64,000 nt of DNA from Tubulanus polymorphus (taxonomy: Eukaryota > Animalia > Nemertea), in the NCBI RefSeq assembly GCF_964204645.1, contig NW_027437464.1:17001-81000 (forward strand). Direction: 5' to 3'. Shown one piece after another: positions 25,260-39,899 of the stretch. The position numbers were made by a program, and so were the translations under genes. The notes under the pieces were generated by a model. It searched no databases. It was not told the DNA's origin and was given only the letters and a program-made list of their open reading frames with translations. Position 1 is the stretch's first letter; every line of letters starts with the position of its first letter.

Positions 25260-27262
25260 GAAACTCAGGACGGCCATGTTGCATCCGATTGACCCAAAAT
25301 CTCTCTCATGCTGACGCACCCTTCAGGAATGCAATCTGATAGATCAAGCAGAGTGTCCTCAATATTTCCCTTGAAAACTTCAAAAATAAGTAAAAAATGC
25401 TGATTTCAGCAAACAAAAAATGGCCGCCAGTCAACCATGTTGATTCTGACTAAGCTAGTATTTTGTAAAAAAGTGTATCTAGGGTAGATACATGTATATA
25501 AATAAATTATATCAATTGCATTAATATATTTTTATAAATGATATAGGGCCTATTACATTTTATAGATTATAGATTATAGATTGTACCTATCTATTGGGTC
25601 AATCAAACAGATGGTTTCCTCTGTAATAACTAATACATTCCACATGATAGTTTGTACCGACCTGTTGGGCCCTAATAATACAAAATAATCCATATGATAG
25701 ATTTGACCAGACCAATCTAACTTTGGGTTTACTGTGTTATAAATACATTCTATCATAGATTTCCCTCAAACGGGGCATGTGAAAAATAATATATATTCAG
25801 TATGAATATAGACTTTAACAAACATATTGGGTCCCTCAAGGTGATTAGTAAGTACTTGGTGAAATACCTGACAATCTGCAAATGTCAAGAATTACCATTA
25901 CGATAGAGCATTTCATGCACTGGCACAACTTGCAATTTCTTGTGGTAATAACGTCACATTTTTTGGTACAAAAAGGTCACAGGACGGCCATCTTGTATCC
26001 GATTTTCCCAAAATCTCTCTCATGCTGACGCACCATTCAGGAATACAATCTGATAGATCAAGTAGAGTGTCCTCAAAATTTCCCATGAAAACTTCAAAAA
26101 TAAGTAAACTAGCAGTCCAGTGACACCATGCCAGGTAGTTTCAAATGCTCAACAATCTAACAATTTCAATATTCAGCGCCCCTGGTAACCAGATACAAAA
26201 ACCAATGACCCTGAAACTCACCACAATCAATTAGAATAAGTCAACAGCTACGATTTTGTAATTGATTGTGATAACAAAATATGCCTCGTTACCGATTTAA
26301 TATGGAAATACTAAGTTATTCTACTATTCAATGCCCCCTGGTGACCATATGCAAAACCCAATGACCTCGAAACTCACCACAATCAAAGAACATGTCATGA
26401 ACTACAACTTTGCAATTGATCATGGTAACAAAATATGCCTAGATACCAATCTATAAGGAAATACTAAGTTATTCTACTATTCAACGCCCCTGGTGACCAT
26501 ATATAATAACTCATGTCCTTAAAACTCACCACATACATAGACGATGTCATGAGCTATAACTTTGCAATTAATTGTGGTAACAAAATATGCATAGGTACAG
26601 ACATAATATAGAAATACTAAGTTATTGTATTATTTAACGCCCCCTGGTGACCATATACAAAAACCGATGACCTTGAAGCTAACCAAAATCATAGAACACC
26701 TTATGAGCTACAACTTTCAATAGATTGTGGTAATACAATATGTTTAGGTATCAATATAATGTCGAAAATGGAAAATTTTGATAATTAAGGGATAGGAGCA
26801 CCCTTAATACGACCAGTCAAACTGCGCAGTATTAATAAACCATCGTTTTTATATCCACTTTACACTGTATTGAAGGATTGCCAAAAAGTTTTCATTTTCG
26901 CATGTTGAAATGAGAAAAAATAAGCCATTTTTGAAATTCTAACAATATGCGTCCTGAGTTTCCATACCTACGAACCATTGATTTTTGATGATTTGATTAT
27001 AATTTCAAATGGTAGGCGCGGAAACATATTGTTAAAATTGATTTACGGTCAACCCCCAATATAACAGTTTCACTGGTAGTATGAAGATCAAATTCAGGTA
27101 TGTGTTCAAAAGTTTTAGAGAAATATCCCAAAAAAATTGACTTTCGTTCCCTAGTGGGCTAAAAAGGTATGAAATAACTAAACTGATTTACCATCAGTTG
27201 CGGAAAGTTGACTCATATCTACCATAAGACTCTCTCTATGTGATTCAACTGCGGATTGATTG
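25260..27262 (-). mobile_element. Older, more diverged HINE modules leading into duplicated copy 2
   Basis: Same modules (GGACGGCCATCTTG; 154-bp repeat at ~26170-26760; AACTAGCAGTCCAG terminus at ~26107). Confidence 0.8.
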
Positions 27263-29574
27263 GAATCTTTCACACCAATTGTATCGAACTTGGTGGTCCA
27301 TTTTCCTGTGAAAATTAAAAATATGAACATGCATAAGCAATTGAGTAGTGGTTGAAATTGAGACCAAAATTGATATTTTTTGGGTACGAAAAAAGGTCAC
27401 AGGACGGCCATCTTGCGTCCGATTGACCAAAAATTTCTCTCATGCCGATGCACCCTTCGGGTATACAATCTGATAGATCAAGGTAATTGATCAGAGTCTT
27501 CAAAATTCCCTTGAAAACTTCAACTAGGGGTCCAGGGACACCATGCCCACTTGGGAAGTGGTTCCAAATGCTCAACAATCTAACAATTTCAATATTCAAC
27601 GCCCCCTGGCAACCATATACAAAAACCAATGACCTTGAAACTCACCACAATCATAGAACATGTCAGCAGCTACGATTTTGTAATTGATTGTGATAACAAA
27701 ATATGCCTCGTTACCAATTTGATATGGAAATACTAAGTTATTCTACTATTCAACGCCCCCTGGAGACCATATTCAAAACCCAATGACATCAAAACTTACC
27801 ACAATCATAGAACATGTCATGAACTACAACTTTGCAATTGATCATGGTAACAAAATATGCCTAGGTACCAATATAATAAGGAAATATAGAAAAACTAATG
27901 TCCTTAAAACTCACAACAATCATAGATGATGTCATGAGCTACAACTTTCCAATTGATTGTGGTTACAAAATATACATAGGTACAAATATAATAAAGAAAT
28001 GCTAAGATATTGTATTATTCAACGCCCCCTGGTGGCCATATACAAAATCTAATTACCTTGCAACACACCATAATCATAGAACATGTTATGAGCTACAACT
28101 TTCTAATTGAATGTGGTACCAAAATACGCTTAGGTATCAATATAATGTGGAAAAACTTTTTCCCATTTACGAATGAGTACTGGTGAGACCAAGATGGCCG
28201 CCAATTGCGTCATAATTGGCTGATGAAAAATACCTGTCTCAGGTATAAAACATCCCTTTCCAAAGAATACCCATCACAAATTGCAATGAGAAATGGCAAA
28301 CCAGTAGGAAGCTACAGGACTCAGAATTCGGGCAAAAATTAACATTTTTGGGCACTAAAAAGGTCATAGGACGGCCATCTCGAGTCCGACCGACCCAATT
28401 TTTGTTATGTTGATGGGCCCTGGGGGGATTCACATATATCCGAAAGATCAAGGTAATTGATCGATGCGTCTTCAAAATTTCTCTCAAAAAGATCAAAAAT
28501 GTGTAAAAAGTGCTGATTTTGGCGAACAACAATGGCTGCCAGTCGGCCATCTTGATTCTGACAGGGCCAGTTTTTGGGCTGAAGATGTGTCTAGGGTAGA
28601 TACATGTGTATCCCAAATATCAAGACGTTACCTTGAAGCGTCTTCAAAACTTCCCAAAATAACTGGATTCCGTCTACAGACGGACGGACAGACGACGGAC
28701 GAAAAGTGAACGCAATAGCCCGCTGGGACTAAAGTCCCAAGTGGGCTAAAAATGAGTAAGAAAGTGCTGATTTCAGCAAACAGAAATGGCCACCAGTCAA
28801 CCATGTTAATTCTGACCAAGCTCAGTTTTTGGGCAGAAGATGTATCTAGGGTAGATACATGTATATAAATACATTAAATCAATTACATTAATATATTTCT
28901 ATAAATGATAATGGGCCTATTACATTTTATAGATTGTACCTATCTATTGGGTCCATCAAACAGCTGGTTGCCTGTGTAATAACTAATACATTCCACATGA
29001 TAGATTGTACCGACCTATTGGGTCCTTTGTCTTATAGTACATAATAATCCACATGATAGATTTTACCAGACCAATCTAACTGTGGGTTTTCTGTGTTAAA
29101 ACAATACATTCTATAATAGATTTCCCTCAATTCGGGGATTCCTATGTGATGAATAATATACATTAATATACATTAATGTTTTGAACACATACGTCTAATT
29201 GGTTTTAATACGACCAGTGAAACCGTGCAGTTTTAATAAACCATTGTTTTTATATCCATTTTACGCTGTATTGAAGGATTGCCAAAAAGTTTTCATTTTC
29301 GCATGTTGAAATGAGAAAAAATAAGCCATTTTTGAAATTCTAACAATATGCGTCCTGAGTTTCCATGCCTACGAACCATTGATTTTTGATGATTTGATTA
29401 TAATTTCAAATGGTAAGCACGGAAACATATTGTTAAAATTGATTTACAGTCAACCCCCAATATAACAGTTTCACTGGTAGTATGAAGCTAAATTCAGGTA
29501 GGCCTACAATGTGTTCAAAAGTTTTAGAGAAATATCCAAAATAATCGACTTTCGGTCTAAAGTCCCTAGTGGGC

Positions 29575-32500
29575 TAAAAAGGTATGAAATAACTAAACTG
29601 ATTTACCATCAGTTGCGGAAAGTTGACTCGTATCTGTCATAAGACTCTCTCTATATGATTCAACTGCGGATTGATTGGAATCTCTCACACCAATTGTATC
29701 GAACTCGGTGGTCCATCTTCCTGTGAAAATTAAAAATATGAACATGCATAAGCAATTGAGTAGTGGTTGAAATTGAGACAAAAATTGACATTTTTTGGGT
29801 ACGAAAAAAGGTCACAGGACGGCCATCTTGCGTCCGATTGACCCAAAATTTCTCTCATGCCGATGCACCCTTCGGGTATAGAATCTGATAGATCAAGGTA
29901 ATTAATCAGAATCTTCAAAATTCCCTTGAAAACTTCAAAAATGAGTAAGAAAGTGCTGATTTCAGCGAACAAAAATGGCAACTAGTCAACCATGTTGATT
30001 CTGACCAAGCTCAGTTTTTGGGCAGAAGATGTATCTAGGGTAGATACATGTATATAAATACATTAAATCAATTACATTAATATATTTCTATAAATGATAA
30101 TGGGCCTATTACATTTTATAGATTGTACCTATCTATTGGGTCCATCAAACAGCTGGTTTCCTGTGTAATAACTAATACATTCCACATGATAGATTGTACC
30201 GACCAATTGGGTCCTTTGTCTTATAGTACATAATAATCCATATGATAGATTTTACCAGACCAATCTAACTGTGGGTTTCCTGTGTTATAATAATACATTC
30301 TGTCATAGATTTCCCTCAAACTGGGGGATTCCTATGTGATAAATATTTTATATTCAGCATGATAGACTTTAACAAACATAATGGGTCCTTCAAGGTGATT
30401 AGTTAGTACTTGGTGAAATACTGAACAATCTGGAAATGTCAAGAATCACCATTACCATAGGGCATTTCATGCACTGGCACAACATGCAATTGTTTGTGGT
30501 AACAACGTCATATGTCTAGGTACTAATATACTGTAGTACCATATTCTTCGGCTAATTTACGCCACCGGTGAACATAAACAATGCCTAGAAACTCACCACA
30601 ATCTTAGGGCAATTCATGTTAGAGCAAGTCATGAGGCCAAGTTATTTACTGCGAATGAGAGAAATTGAGATAAATGATCGAAGCGTTTTCAATATTTCCC
30701 ATGAAAACTTGAACTAGGGGTCCAGGGACACCATGCCCACTTGAGAAATGTTTCCGTATGCTCAACAATCTAACAATTTCAATATTCAACGCCCCCTGGT
30801 GACCATATACAAAAACCAATGGCCTTGAAACTCACCACAATCATGGTACATGTCAGGAGGAATGATTTCATGGATTGTGATGACAAAATATGCCTTGTTA
30901 CCAATTTAATATGGAAATACTAGATCATAGAACATGTCATGAACTAAAACTTTCTAATTGATCATGGTAACAAAATAAGCCTAGGTACCAATATAAGGAA
31001 ATACTAAGTTATTCTACTATTCAATGCCTCTTGGTGACCATATAGAATAACTAATGTCCTTAAAACTTGCCACAATCATAGACAATGTCATGAGCTACAA
31101 CTTTGCAATTGATTGTGGTTACAAAATATGCATTGATACGAATATAATATGGAAGATATTGTATTATTCAATGCACACTGGGCCATATACAAAACCAATG
31201 ACCTTGAAACTCACCACAATCATAGATCATGTTATGAGCTACAACTTTCTTATTGATTGTGGTAACAAAATACGCCTAGGTATCAATATAATGTGAAAAA
31301 TTTTTTTCCCACCTAGGAATGAGTACTGATTCTTGATTCTGACAGGGCCAGTTTTGGGGCTGAAGATGTGTCTAGGGTAGATACATGTGTAACCTAAATA
31401 TCAAGACATTACATTGAAGCGTCTTCAAAACTTCCCAAAATAACTGGATTCCGTCTACGGACGGACGTACGCTACGACGGACAATGGACGAAAAGTGAAC
31501 GCAATAGCCCACTGGGACTAAAGTCCCAAGTGGGCTAAAAAGGTTCAAACAATGTCTAAAAGTGCTGATTTCAAAATGTATCAGAATAACTGGATTCTGT
31601 CAAGCTCGGGACAATGACACAAAGCGGATGCGATAACCCGCTTAAGTCCATTTCATGTGGCTAAAAAGGTATGAAATAACTAAACTGATTTACCATCGGT
31701 TGTGGAAAGTCGACTCATATCTGTCATAAGACTCTCTCTATGTGATTCAACTGCAGATTGATTGGCATCTTTCACACCAATTTGTATCGAACTCGGTGGT
31801 CCATCTTCCTGTAAAAATCAAAAATATGAACATGCATAAGCAATTGAGTAGTGGTTGAAATTGAGACCAAAATTGACATTTTTTGGGTACGATAAAAGGT
31901 CACAGGACGGCCATCTTGCATCCGATTGACCCAAAATTTCTCTCATGCCGATGCACCCTTCGGGTATACAATCTGATAGATCAAGGTAATTGATCAGAAT
32001 CTTCAAAATTCCCTTGAAAACTTCAAAAATGAGTAAGAAAGTGCTGATTTCAGCGAACAAAAAAGGCCACCAGTCAACCATGTTGATTCTGACCAAGCTC
32101 AGTTTTTGGGCAGAAGATGTATCTAGGGTAGATGCATGTATATAAATACATTAAATCAATTAAATTAATATATTTCTATGAATGATATAGGGCCCATTAC
32201 ATTTTATAGATTGAACCAATCTATTGGGTCCATGAAACAGCTGGTTTCCTGTGTAATAACTAATACATTCCACATGATAGATTGTACCGACCTATTGGGT
32301 CATTTGTCTTATAGTACATAATAATCCATATGATAGATTTTACCAGACCAATCTAACTGTGGGTTTCCTGTGTTATAATAATACATTCTGTCATAGATTT
32401 CCCTCAAACTGGGGGATTCCTATGTGATAAATATTTTATATTCAGCATGATAGACTTTAACAAACATAATGGGTCCTTCAAGGTGATTAGTTAGTACTTG

Positions 32501-35500
32501 GTGAAATACTGAACAATCTGGAAATGTCAAGAATCACCATTACCATAGGGCATTTCATGCACTGGCACAACATGCAATTGTTTGTGGTAACAACGTCATA
32601 TGTCTAGGTACTAATATACTGTAGTACCATATTCTTCGGCTAATTTACGCCACCGGTGAACATAAACAATGCCTAGAAACTCACCACAATCTTAGGGCAA
32701 TTCATGTTAGAGCAAGTCATGAGGCCAAGTTATTTACTGCGAATGAGAGAAATTGAGATAAATGATCGAAGCGTTTTCAATATTTCCCATGAAAACTTGA
32801 ACTAGGGGTCCAGGGACACCATGCCCACTTGAGAAATGTTTCCGTATGCTCAACAATCTAACAATTTCAATATTCAACGCCCCCTGGTGACCATATACAA
32901 AAACCAATGGCCTTGAAACTCACCACAATCATGGTACATGTCAGGAGGAATGATTTCATGGATTGTGATGACAAAATATGCCTTGTTACCAATTTAATAT
33001 GGAAATACTAGATCATAGAACATGTCATGAACTAAAACTTTCTAATTGATCATGGTAACAAAATAAGCCTAGGTACCAATATAAGGAAATACTAAGTTAT
33101 TCTACTATTCAATGCCTCTTGGTGACCATATAGAATAACTAATGTCCTTAAAACTTGCCACAATCATAGACAATGTCATGAGCTACAACTTTGCAATTGA
33201 TTGTGGTTACAAAATATGCATTGATACGAATATAATATGGAAGATATTGTATTATTCAATGCACACTGGGCCATATACAAAACCAATGACCTTGAAACTC
33301 ACCACAATCATAGATCATGTTATGAGCTACAACTTTCTTATTGATTGTGGTAACAAAATACGCCTAGGTATCAATATAATGTGGAAAATTTTTTTCCCAC
33401 CTAGGAATGAGTACTGATTCTTGATTCTGACAGGGCCAGTTTTGGGGCTGAAGATGTGTCTAGGGTAGATACATGTGTAACCTAAATATCAAGACATTAC
33501 ATTGAAGCGTCTTCAAAACTTCCCAAAATAACTGGATTCCGTCTACGGACGGACGTACGCTATGACGGACAATGGACGAAAAGTGAACGCAATAGCCCAC
33601 TGGGACTAAAGTCCCAAGTGGGCTAAAAAGGTTCAAACAATGTCTAAAAGTGCTGATTTCAAAATGTATCAGAATAACTGGATTCTGTCAAGCTCGGGAC
33701 AATGACACAAAGCGGATGCGATAACCCGCTTAAGTCCATTTCATGTGGCTAAAAAGGTATGAAATAACTAAACTGATTTACCATCGGTTGTGGAAAGTCG
33801 ACTCATATCTGTCATAAGACTCTCTCTATGTGATTCAACTGCAGATTGATTGGCATCTTTCACACCAATTTGTATCGAACTCGGTGGTCCATCTTCCTGT
33901 AAAAATCAAAAATATGAACATGCATAAGCAATTGAGTAGTGGTTGAAATTGAGACCAAAATTGACATTTTTTGGGTACGATAAAAGGTCACAGGACGGCC
34001 ATCTTGCATCCGATTGACCCAAAATTTCTCTCATGCCGATGCACCCTTCGGGTATACAATCTGATAGATCAAGGTAATTGATCAGAATCTTCAAAATTCC
34101 CTTGAAAACTTCAAAAATGAGTAAGAAAGTGCTGATTTCAGCGAACAAAAAAGGCCACCAGTCAACCATGTTGATTCTGACCAAGCTCAGTTTTTGGGCA
34201 GAAGATGTATCTAGGGTAGATGCATGTATATAAATACATTAAATCAATTAAATTAATATATTTCTATGAATGATATAGGGCCCATTACATTTTATAGATT
34301 GAACCAATCTATTGGGTCCATGAAACAGCTGGTTTCCTGTGTAATAACTAATACATTCCACATGATAGATTGTACCGACCTATTGGGTCATTTGTCTTAT
34401 AGTACATAATAATCCATATGATAGATTTTACCAGACCAATCTAACTGTGGGTTTCCTGTGTTATATTAATACATTCTGTCATAGATTTCCCTCAAACTGG
34501 GGGATTCCTATGTGATAAATATTTTATATTCAGCATGATAGACTTTAACAAACATAATGGGTCCTTCAAGGTGATTAGTTAGTACTTGGTGAAATACTGA
34601 ACAATCTGGAAATGTCAAGAATCACCATTACCATAGGGCATTTCATGCACTGGCACAACATGCAATTGTTTGTGGTAACAACGTCATATGTCTAGGTACT
34701 AATATACTGTAGTACCATATTCTTCGGCTAATTTACGCCACCGGTGAACATAAACAATGCCTAGAAACTCACCACAATCTTAGGGCAATTCATGTTAGAG
34801 CAAGTCATGAGGCCAAGTTATTTACTGCGAATGAGAGAAATTGAGATAAATGATCGAAGCGTTTTCAATATTTCCCATGAAAACTTGAACTAGGGGTCCA
34901 GGGACACCATGCCCACTTGAGAAATGTTTCCGTATGCTCAACAATCTAACAATTTCAATATTCAACGCCCCCTGGTGACCATATACAAAAACCAATGGCC
35001 TTGAAACTCACCACAATCATGGTACATGTCAGGAGGAATGATTTCATGGATTGTGATGACAAAATATGCCTTGTTACCAATTTAATATGGAAATACTAGA
35101 TCATAGAACATGTCATGAACTAAAACTTTCTAATTGATCATGGTAACAAAATAAGCCTAGGTACCAATATAAGGAAATACTAAGTTATTCTACTATTCAA
35201 TGCCTCTTGGTGACCATATAGAATAACTAATGTCCTTAAAACTTGCCACAATCATAGACAATGTCATGAGCTACAACTTTGCAATTGATTGTGGTTACAA
35301 AATATGCATTGATACGAATATAATATGGAAAGATATTGTATTATTCAATGCACACTGGGCCATATACAAAACCAATGACCTTGAAACTCACCACAATCAT
35401 AGATCATGTTATGAGCTACAACTTTCTTATTGATTGTGGTAACAAAATACGCCTAGGTATCAATATAATGTGGAAAATTTTTTTCCCACCTAGGAATGAG

Positions 35501-36870
35501 TACTGATGACACCAAGATGGCCGCCAATTGCGTCATAATTGGCTGATCAAAAATACCTGTCTCAGGTATAAAACATCCCTTTCTTAAGAATACCCATCAC
35601 AAATTGCAATGAGAAATGGCAAACAAGTAGGAAGCTACAGGACTCGGAATTCAGGCCAAAATTGACATTTTTTGGCATTAAAAAAGGTCATAGGATGGCC
35701 ATCTTGAGTTCGATCGACCCAATTTTTGTTATGCTGATGGGCCCTGGGGGGATGCACATACATCCGAAAGATCAAAAAGTTCCCTCAAAAAGTTAAAAAA
35801 TGTGTAAAAAGTGTTGATTTTGGCGAACATCAATGGCTGCCAGTCGGCCATCTTGATTCTGACAGGGCCAGTTTTGGGGCTGAAGATGTGTCTAGGGTAG
35901 ATACACGTGTAACCCAAATATCAAGACATTACATTGAAGCGTCTTCAAAACTTCCCAAAATAACTGGATTCCGTCTACGGACGGACGTACGCTATGACGG
36001 ACAATGGACGAAAAGTGAACGCAATAGCCCACTGGGACTAAAGTCCCAAGTGGGCTAAAAAGGTTCAAACAATGTCTAAAAGTGCTGATTTCAAAATGTA
36101 TCAGAATAACTGGATTCTGTCAAGCTCGGGACAATGACACAAAGCGGATGCGATAACCCGCTTAAGTCCATTTCATGTGGCTAAAAAGGTATGAAATAAC
36201 TAAACTGATTTACCATCGGTTGTGGAAAGTCGACTCATATCTGTCATAAGACTCTCTCTATGTGATTCAACTGCAGATTGATTGGCATCTTTCACACCAA
36301 TTTGTATCGAACTCGGTGGTCCATCTTCCTGTAAAAATCAAAAATATGAACATGCATAAGCAATTGAGTAGTGGTTGAAATTGAGACCAAAATTGACATT
36401 TTTTGGGTACGATAAAAGGTCACAGGACGGCCATCTTGCATCCGATTGACCCAAAATTTCTCTCATGCCGATGCACCCTTCGGGTATACAATCTGATAGA
36501 TCAAGGTAATTGATCAGAATCTTCAAAATTCCCTTGAAAACTTCAAAAATGAGTAAGAAAGTGCTGATTTCAGCGAACAAAAAAGGCCACCAGTCAACCA
36601 TGTTGATTCTGACCAAGCTCAGTTTTTGGGCAGAAGATGTATCTAGGGTAGATGCATGTATATAAATACATTAAATCAATTAAATTAATATATTTCTATG
36701 AATGATATAGGGCCCATTACATTTTATAGATTGAACCTATCTATTGGGTCCATGAAACAGCTGGTTTCCTGTGTAATAACTAATACATTCCACATGATAG
36801 ATTGTACCGACCTATTGGGTCATTTGTCTTATAGTACATAATAATCCATATGATAGATTTTACCATCAGA
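29575..36870. repeat. Higher-order tandem repeat, copy 2 (periods 2088, 2088, 2432 bp)
   Basis: ORF landmarks at 31054/33142/35230 and 31818/33906/36338. Confidence 0.88.
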
Positions 36871-37465
36871 CCAATCTAACTCTGGGTTTCCTGTGTTATA
36901 ACAATACATTCTATCATAGATTTCCCTCAATTCGGGGATTCCTATGTGATGAATAATATACATTAATAGGCCTATACATTAATGTTTTGAACACATACGC
37001 CTAATTGGTTTTAATACGACCAGTGAAACTGTGCAGTTTTAATAAACCATTGTTTTTATATCCATTTTACGCTGTATTGAAAGATTGCCAAAAAGTTTTC
37101 ATTTTCGCATGTTGAAATGAGAAACTAGGGGTCCAGGGACACCATGCCCACTTGGGAAATGGTTTCAAATGCTCAACAATCTAACAATTTCAATATTCAA
37201 CGCCCCCTGGTGACCATTTACAAAAACCAACGACCTTGAAACTCACCAAAATCATAGAACATGTCAGCAGCTACGATTTTGTAATTGATTGTGATAACAA
37301 AATATGCCTCGTTACCAATTTAGTATGGAAATACTAAGTCATTCTACTATTCAACGCCCCCTGGTGACCATATTCAAAACCCAATGACCTCGAAACTCAC
37401 CACAATCATAGAACATGTCATGAACTACAACTTTGCAATTGATCATGGTAACAAAATATGCCTAG

Positions 37466-37646
37466 GAGCGAACTCTTTTATCAGATCGGAGAATCCGTTT
37501 GCCTCCAATCGTACTCTTTTATTGGTCACGTGACTTTTTGGAGTCTCCGAAACCTCCTTTCTGTCGAGGTGGTGTGATTCGGATTTTGTGTGGAGCCAAC
37601 CGGAGATTTCGGACGGAGACTTCGGAGGTCATAAAAGAGTACGCCC
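37466..37646 (+). mobile_element. 181-bp MITE (duplicated copy)
   Basis: Same element at the same site as 7828-8008. Confidence 0.85.
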
Positions 37647-39899
37647 TTGGTACCAATATAATAAGGAAATACTAAGTTATTCTACTATTCAACGCCCCCT
37701 GGTGACCATATAGAAAAACTAATGTCCTTAAAACTCACAACAATCATAGATGATGTCATGAGCTACAACTTTCCAATTGATTGTGGTTACAAAATATGCA
37801 TAGGTACGAATATAATAAAGAAATGCTAAGATATTGTATTATTCAACGCCCCCTGGTGGCCATATACGAAATCCAATTACCTTGAAACTCACCACAATCA
37901 TAGAACACGTTATGAGCTACAACTTTCTAATTGATTGTGGTAGCAAAATACGCTTAGGTATCAATATAATGTGGAAAAACTTTTTCCCACTTACGAATGA
38001 GTACTGGTGACACCAAGATGGCCGCCAATTGTGTCATAATTGGCTGATGAAAAATACCTGTCTGAGGTATAAAACATCCCTTTCCAAAGAATACCCATCA
38101 CAAATTGCATTGAGAAATGGTAAACCAGTAGGAAGCTACAGGACTCAGAATTCGGGCAAAAATTAACATTTTTGGGCACTAAAAAGGTCATAGGACGGCC
38201 ATCTTGAGTCCGACCGACCCAATTTTTGTTTCGTTGATGGGCCCTGGGGGGATTCATATATATCCGAAAGATCAAGGTAATTGATCGAAGCGTCTTCAAA
38301 ATTTCCCTCAAAAAGTTCAAAAATGTGTAAAAAGTGCTGATTTTGGCGAACAACAATGGCTGCCAGTCAGCCATCTTGATTCTGACAGGGTCAGTTTTTG
38401 GGCTGAAGATGTGTCTAGGGTAGATACACGTGTAACCCAAATATCAAGACGTTACCTTGAAGCGTCTTCAAAACTTACTGGATTCCGTCTACGGACGGAC
38501 GGACGGACGGACGAAAAGTGAACGCAATAGCCCGCTGGGACTCCCAAGTAGGCTAAAAATAAGCCATTTTTGAAATTCTAACAATATGCGTCCTGAGTTT
38601 CCATGCCTACGAACCATTGATTTTTGATGATTTGATTATAATTTCAAATGGTAGGCACAGAAACATATTGTTAAAATTGATTTACAGTCAACCCACAATA
38701 TACCAGTTTCACTGGTAGTATGATGATCAAATTCAGGTAGGCCTACAGTATGTGTTCAAAAGTTTTAGAGAAATATCCCAAATAATCGACTTTCGGTCTA
38801 AAGTCCCTAGTGGGCTAAAAAGGTATGAAATAACTAAACTGATTTACCATCGGTCTCGGAAAGTTGACTCGTATCTACCATAAGACTCTCTCTATGTGAT
38901 TCAACTGCGGATTGATTGGAATCTTCCACACCAATTGTATCGAACTCGGTGGTCAATTTTCCTGCGAAAATTAAAAATATGAACATGCATAAGCAATTGA
39001 GTAGTGGTTGAAATTGAGACAAAAATTGATATTTTTTGGGTACGAAAAAAGGTCACAGGATGGCCATCTTGCATCCGATTGACCCAAAATTTCTCTCATG
39101 CTGATGGAACCTTCGAGTACACGATCTGATAGATCAAGGTAATTCGATCAGTGTCTTCAAAATTCCCTTGAAAACTTCAAAAATGAGTAGGAAAGTGCTG
39201 ATTTCAGCGAACAAAAATGGCCACCAGTCAACCATGTTGATTCTGACCAAGCTCAGTTTTTGGGTACAAGATGTATCTAGGGTAGATACATGTATATAAA
39301 TACATTAAATCAATTACATTAATATATTTCTATAAATGATAATGGGCCTATTACATTTTATAGATTGTACCTATCTATTGGGTCGATCAAACAGCTGGTT
39401 TCCTGTGTAATAACTAATACATTCCACATGATAGATTGTACCGACCTATTGGGTCCTTTGTCTTATAGTACATAATAATCCATATGATAGATTTTACCAG
39501 ACCAATCTAACTGTGGGTTTGCTGTGTAATAACAATACATTCTATCATAGATTTCCCTCAATTTGGGGATTCCTAGGTGATGAATTATATACATTCAATA
39601 TGATAGACTTTAACAAACATTGGGCCTAATGGGTCCTTTTAGGTGATTAGTTAGTACTTGGTGGAAATGTCAATGTCAATCTGTCATGTTGACTCATCTG
39701 TCATGTCTCTCCATGTGGTTAACCTGTGGATTGATTGGAATCTTCTGCACGACTCGTACCGAACGTGGTGGTCCATCTTCCTATGAAAATAAAAAATATG
39801 AACATGCATAAGCAATTGAGTAGTAGGCCTAGTTGAAATTGAGGCCAAAATTGACATTTTTTTGGTACAAAATAGGAAACAGAACGGCCATCTTGCATC

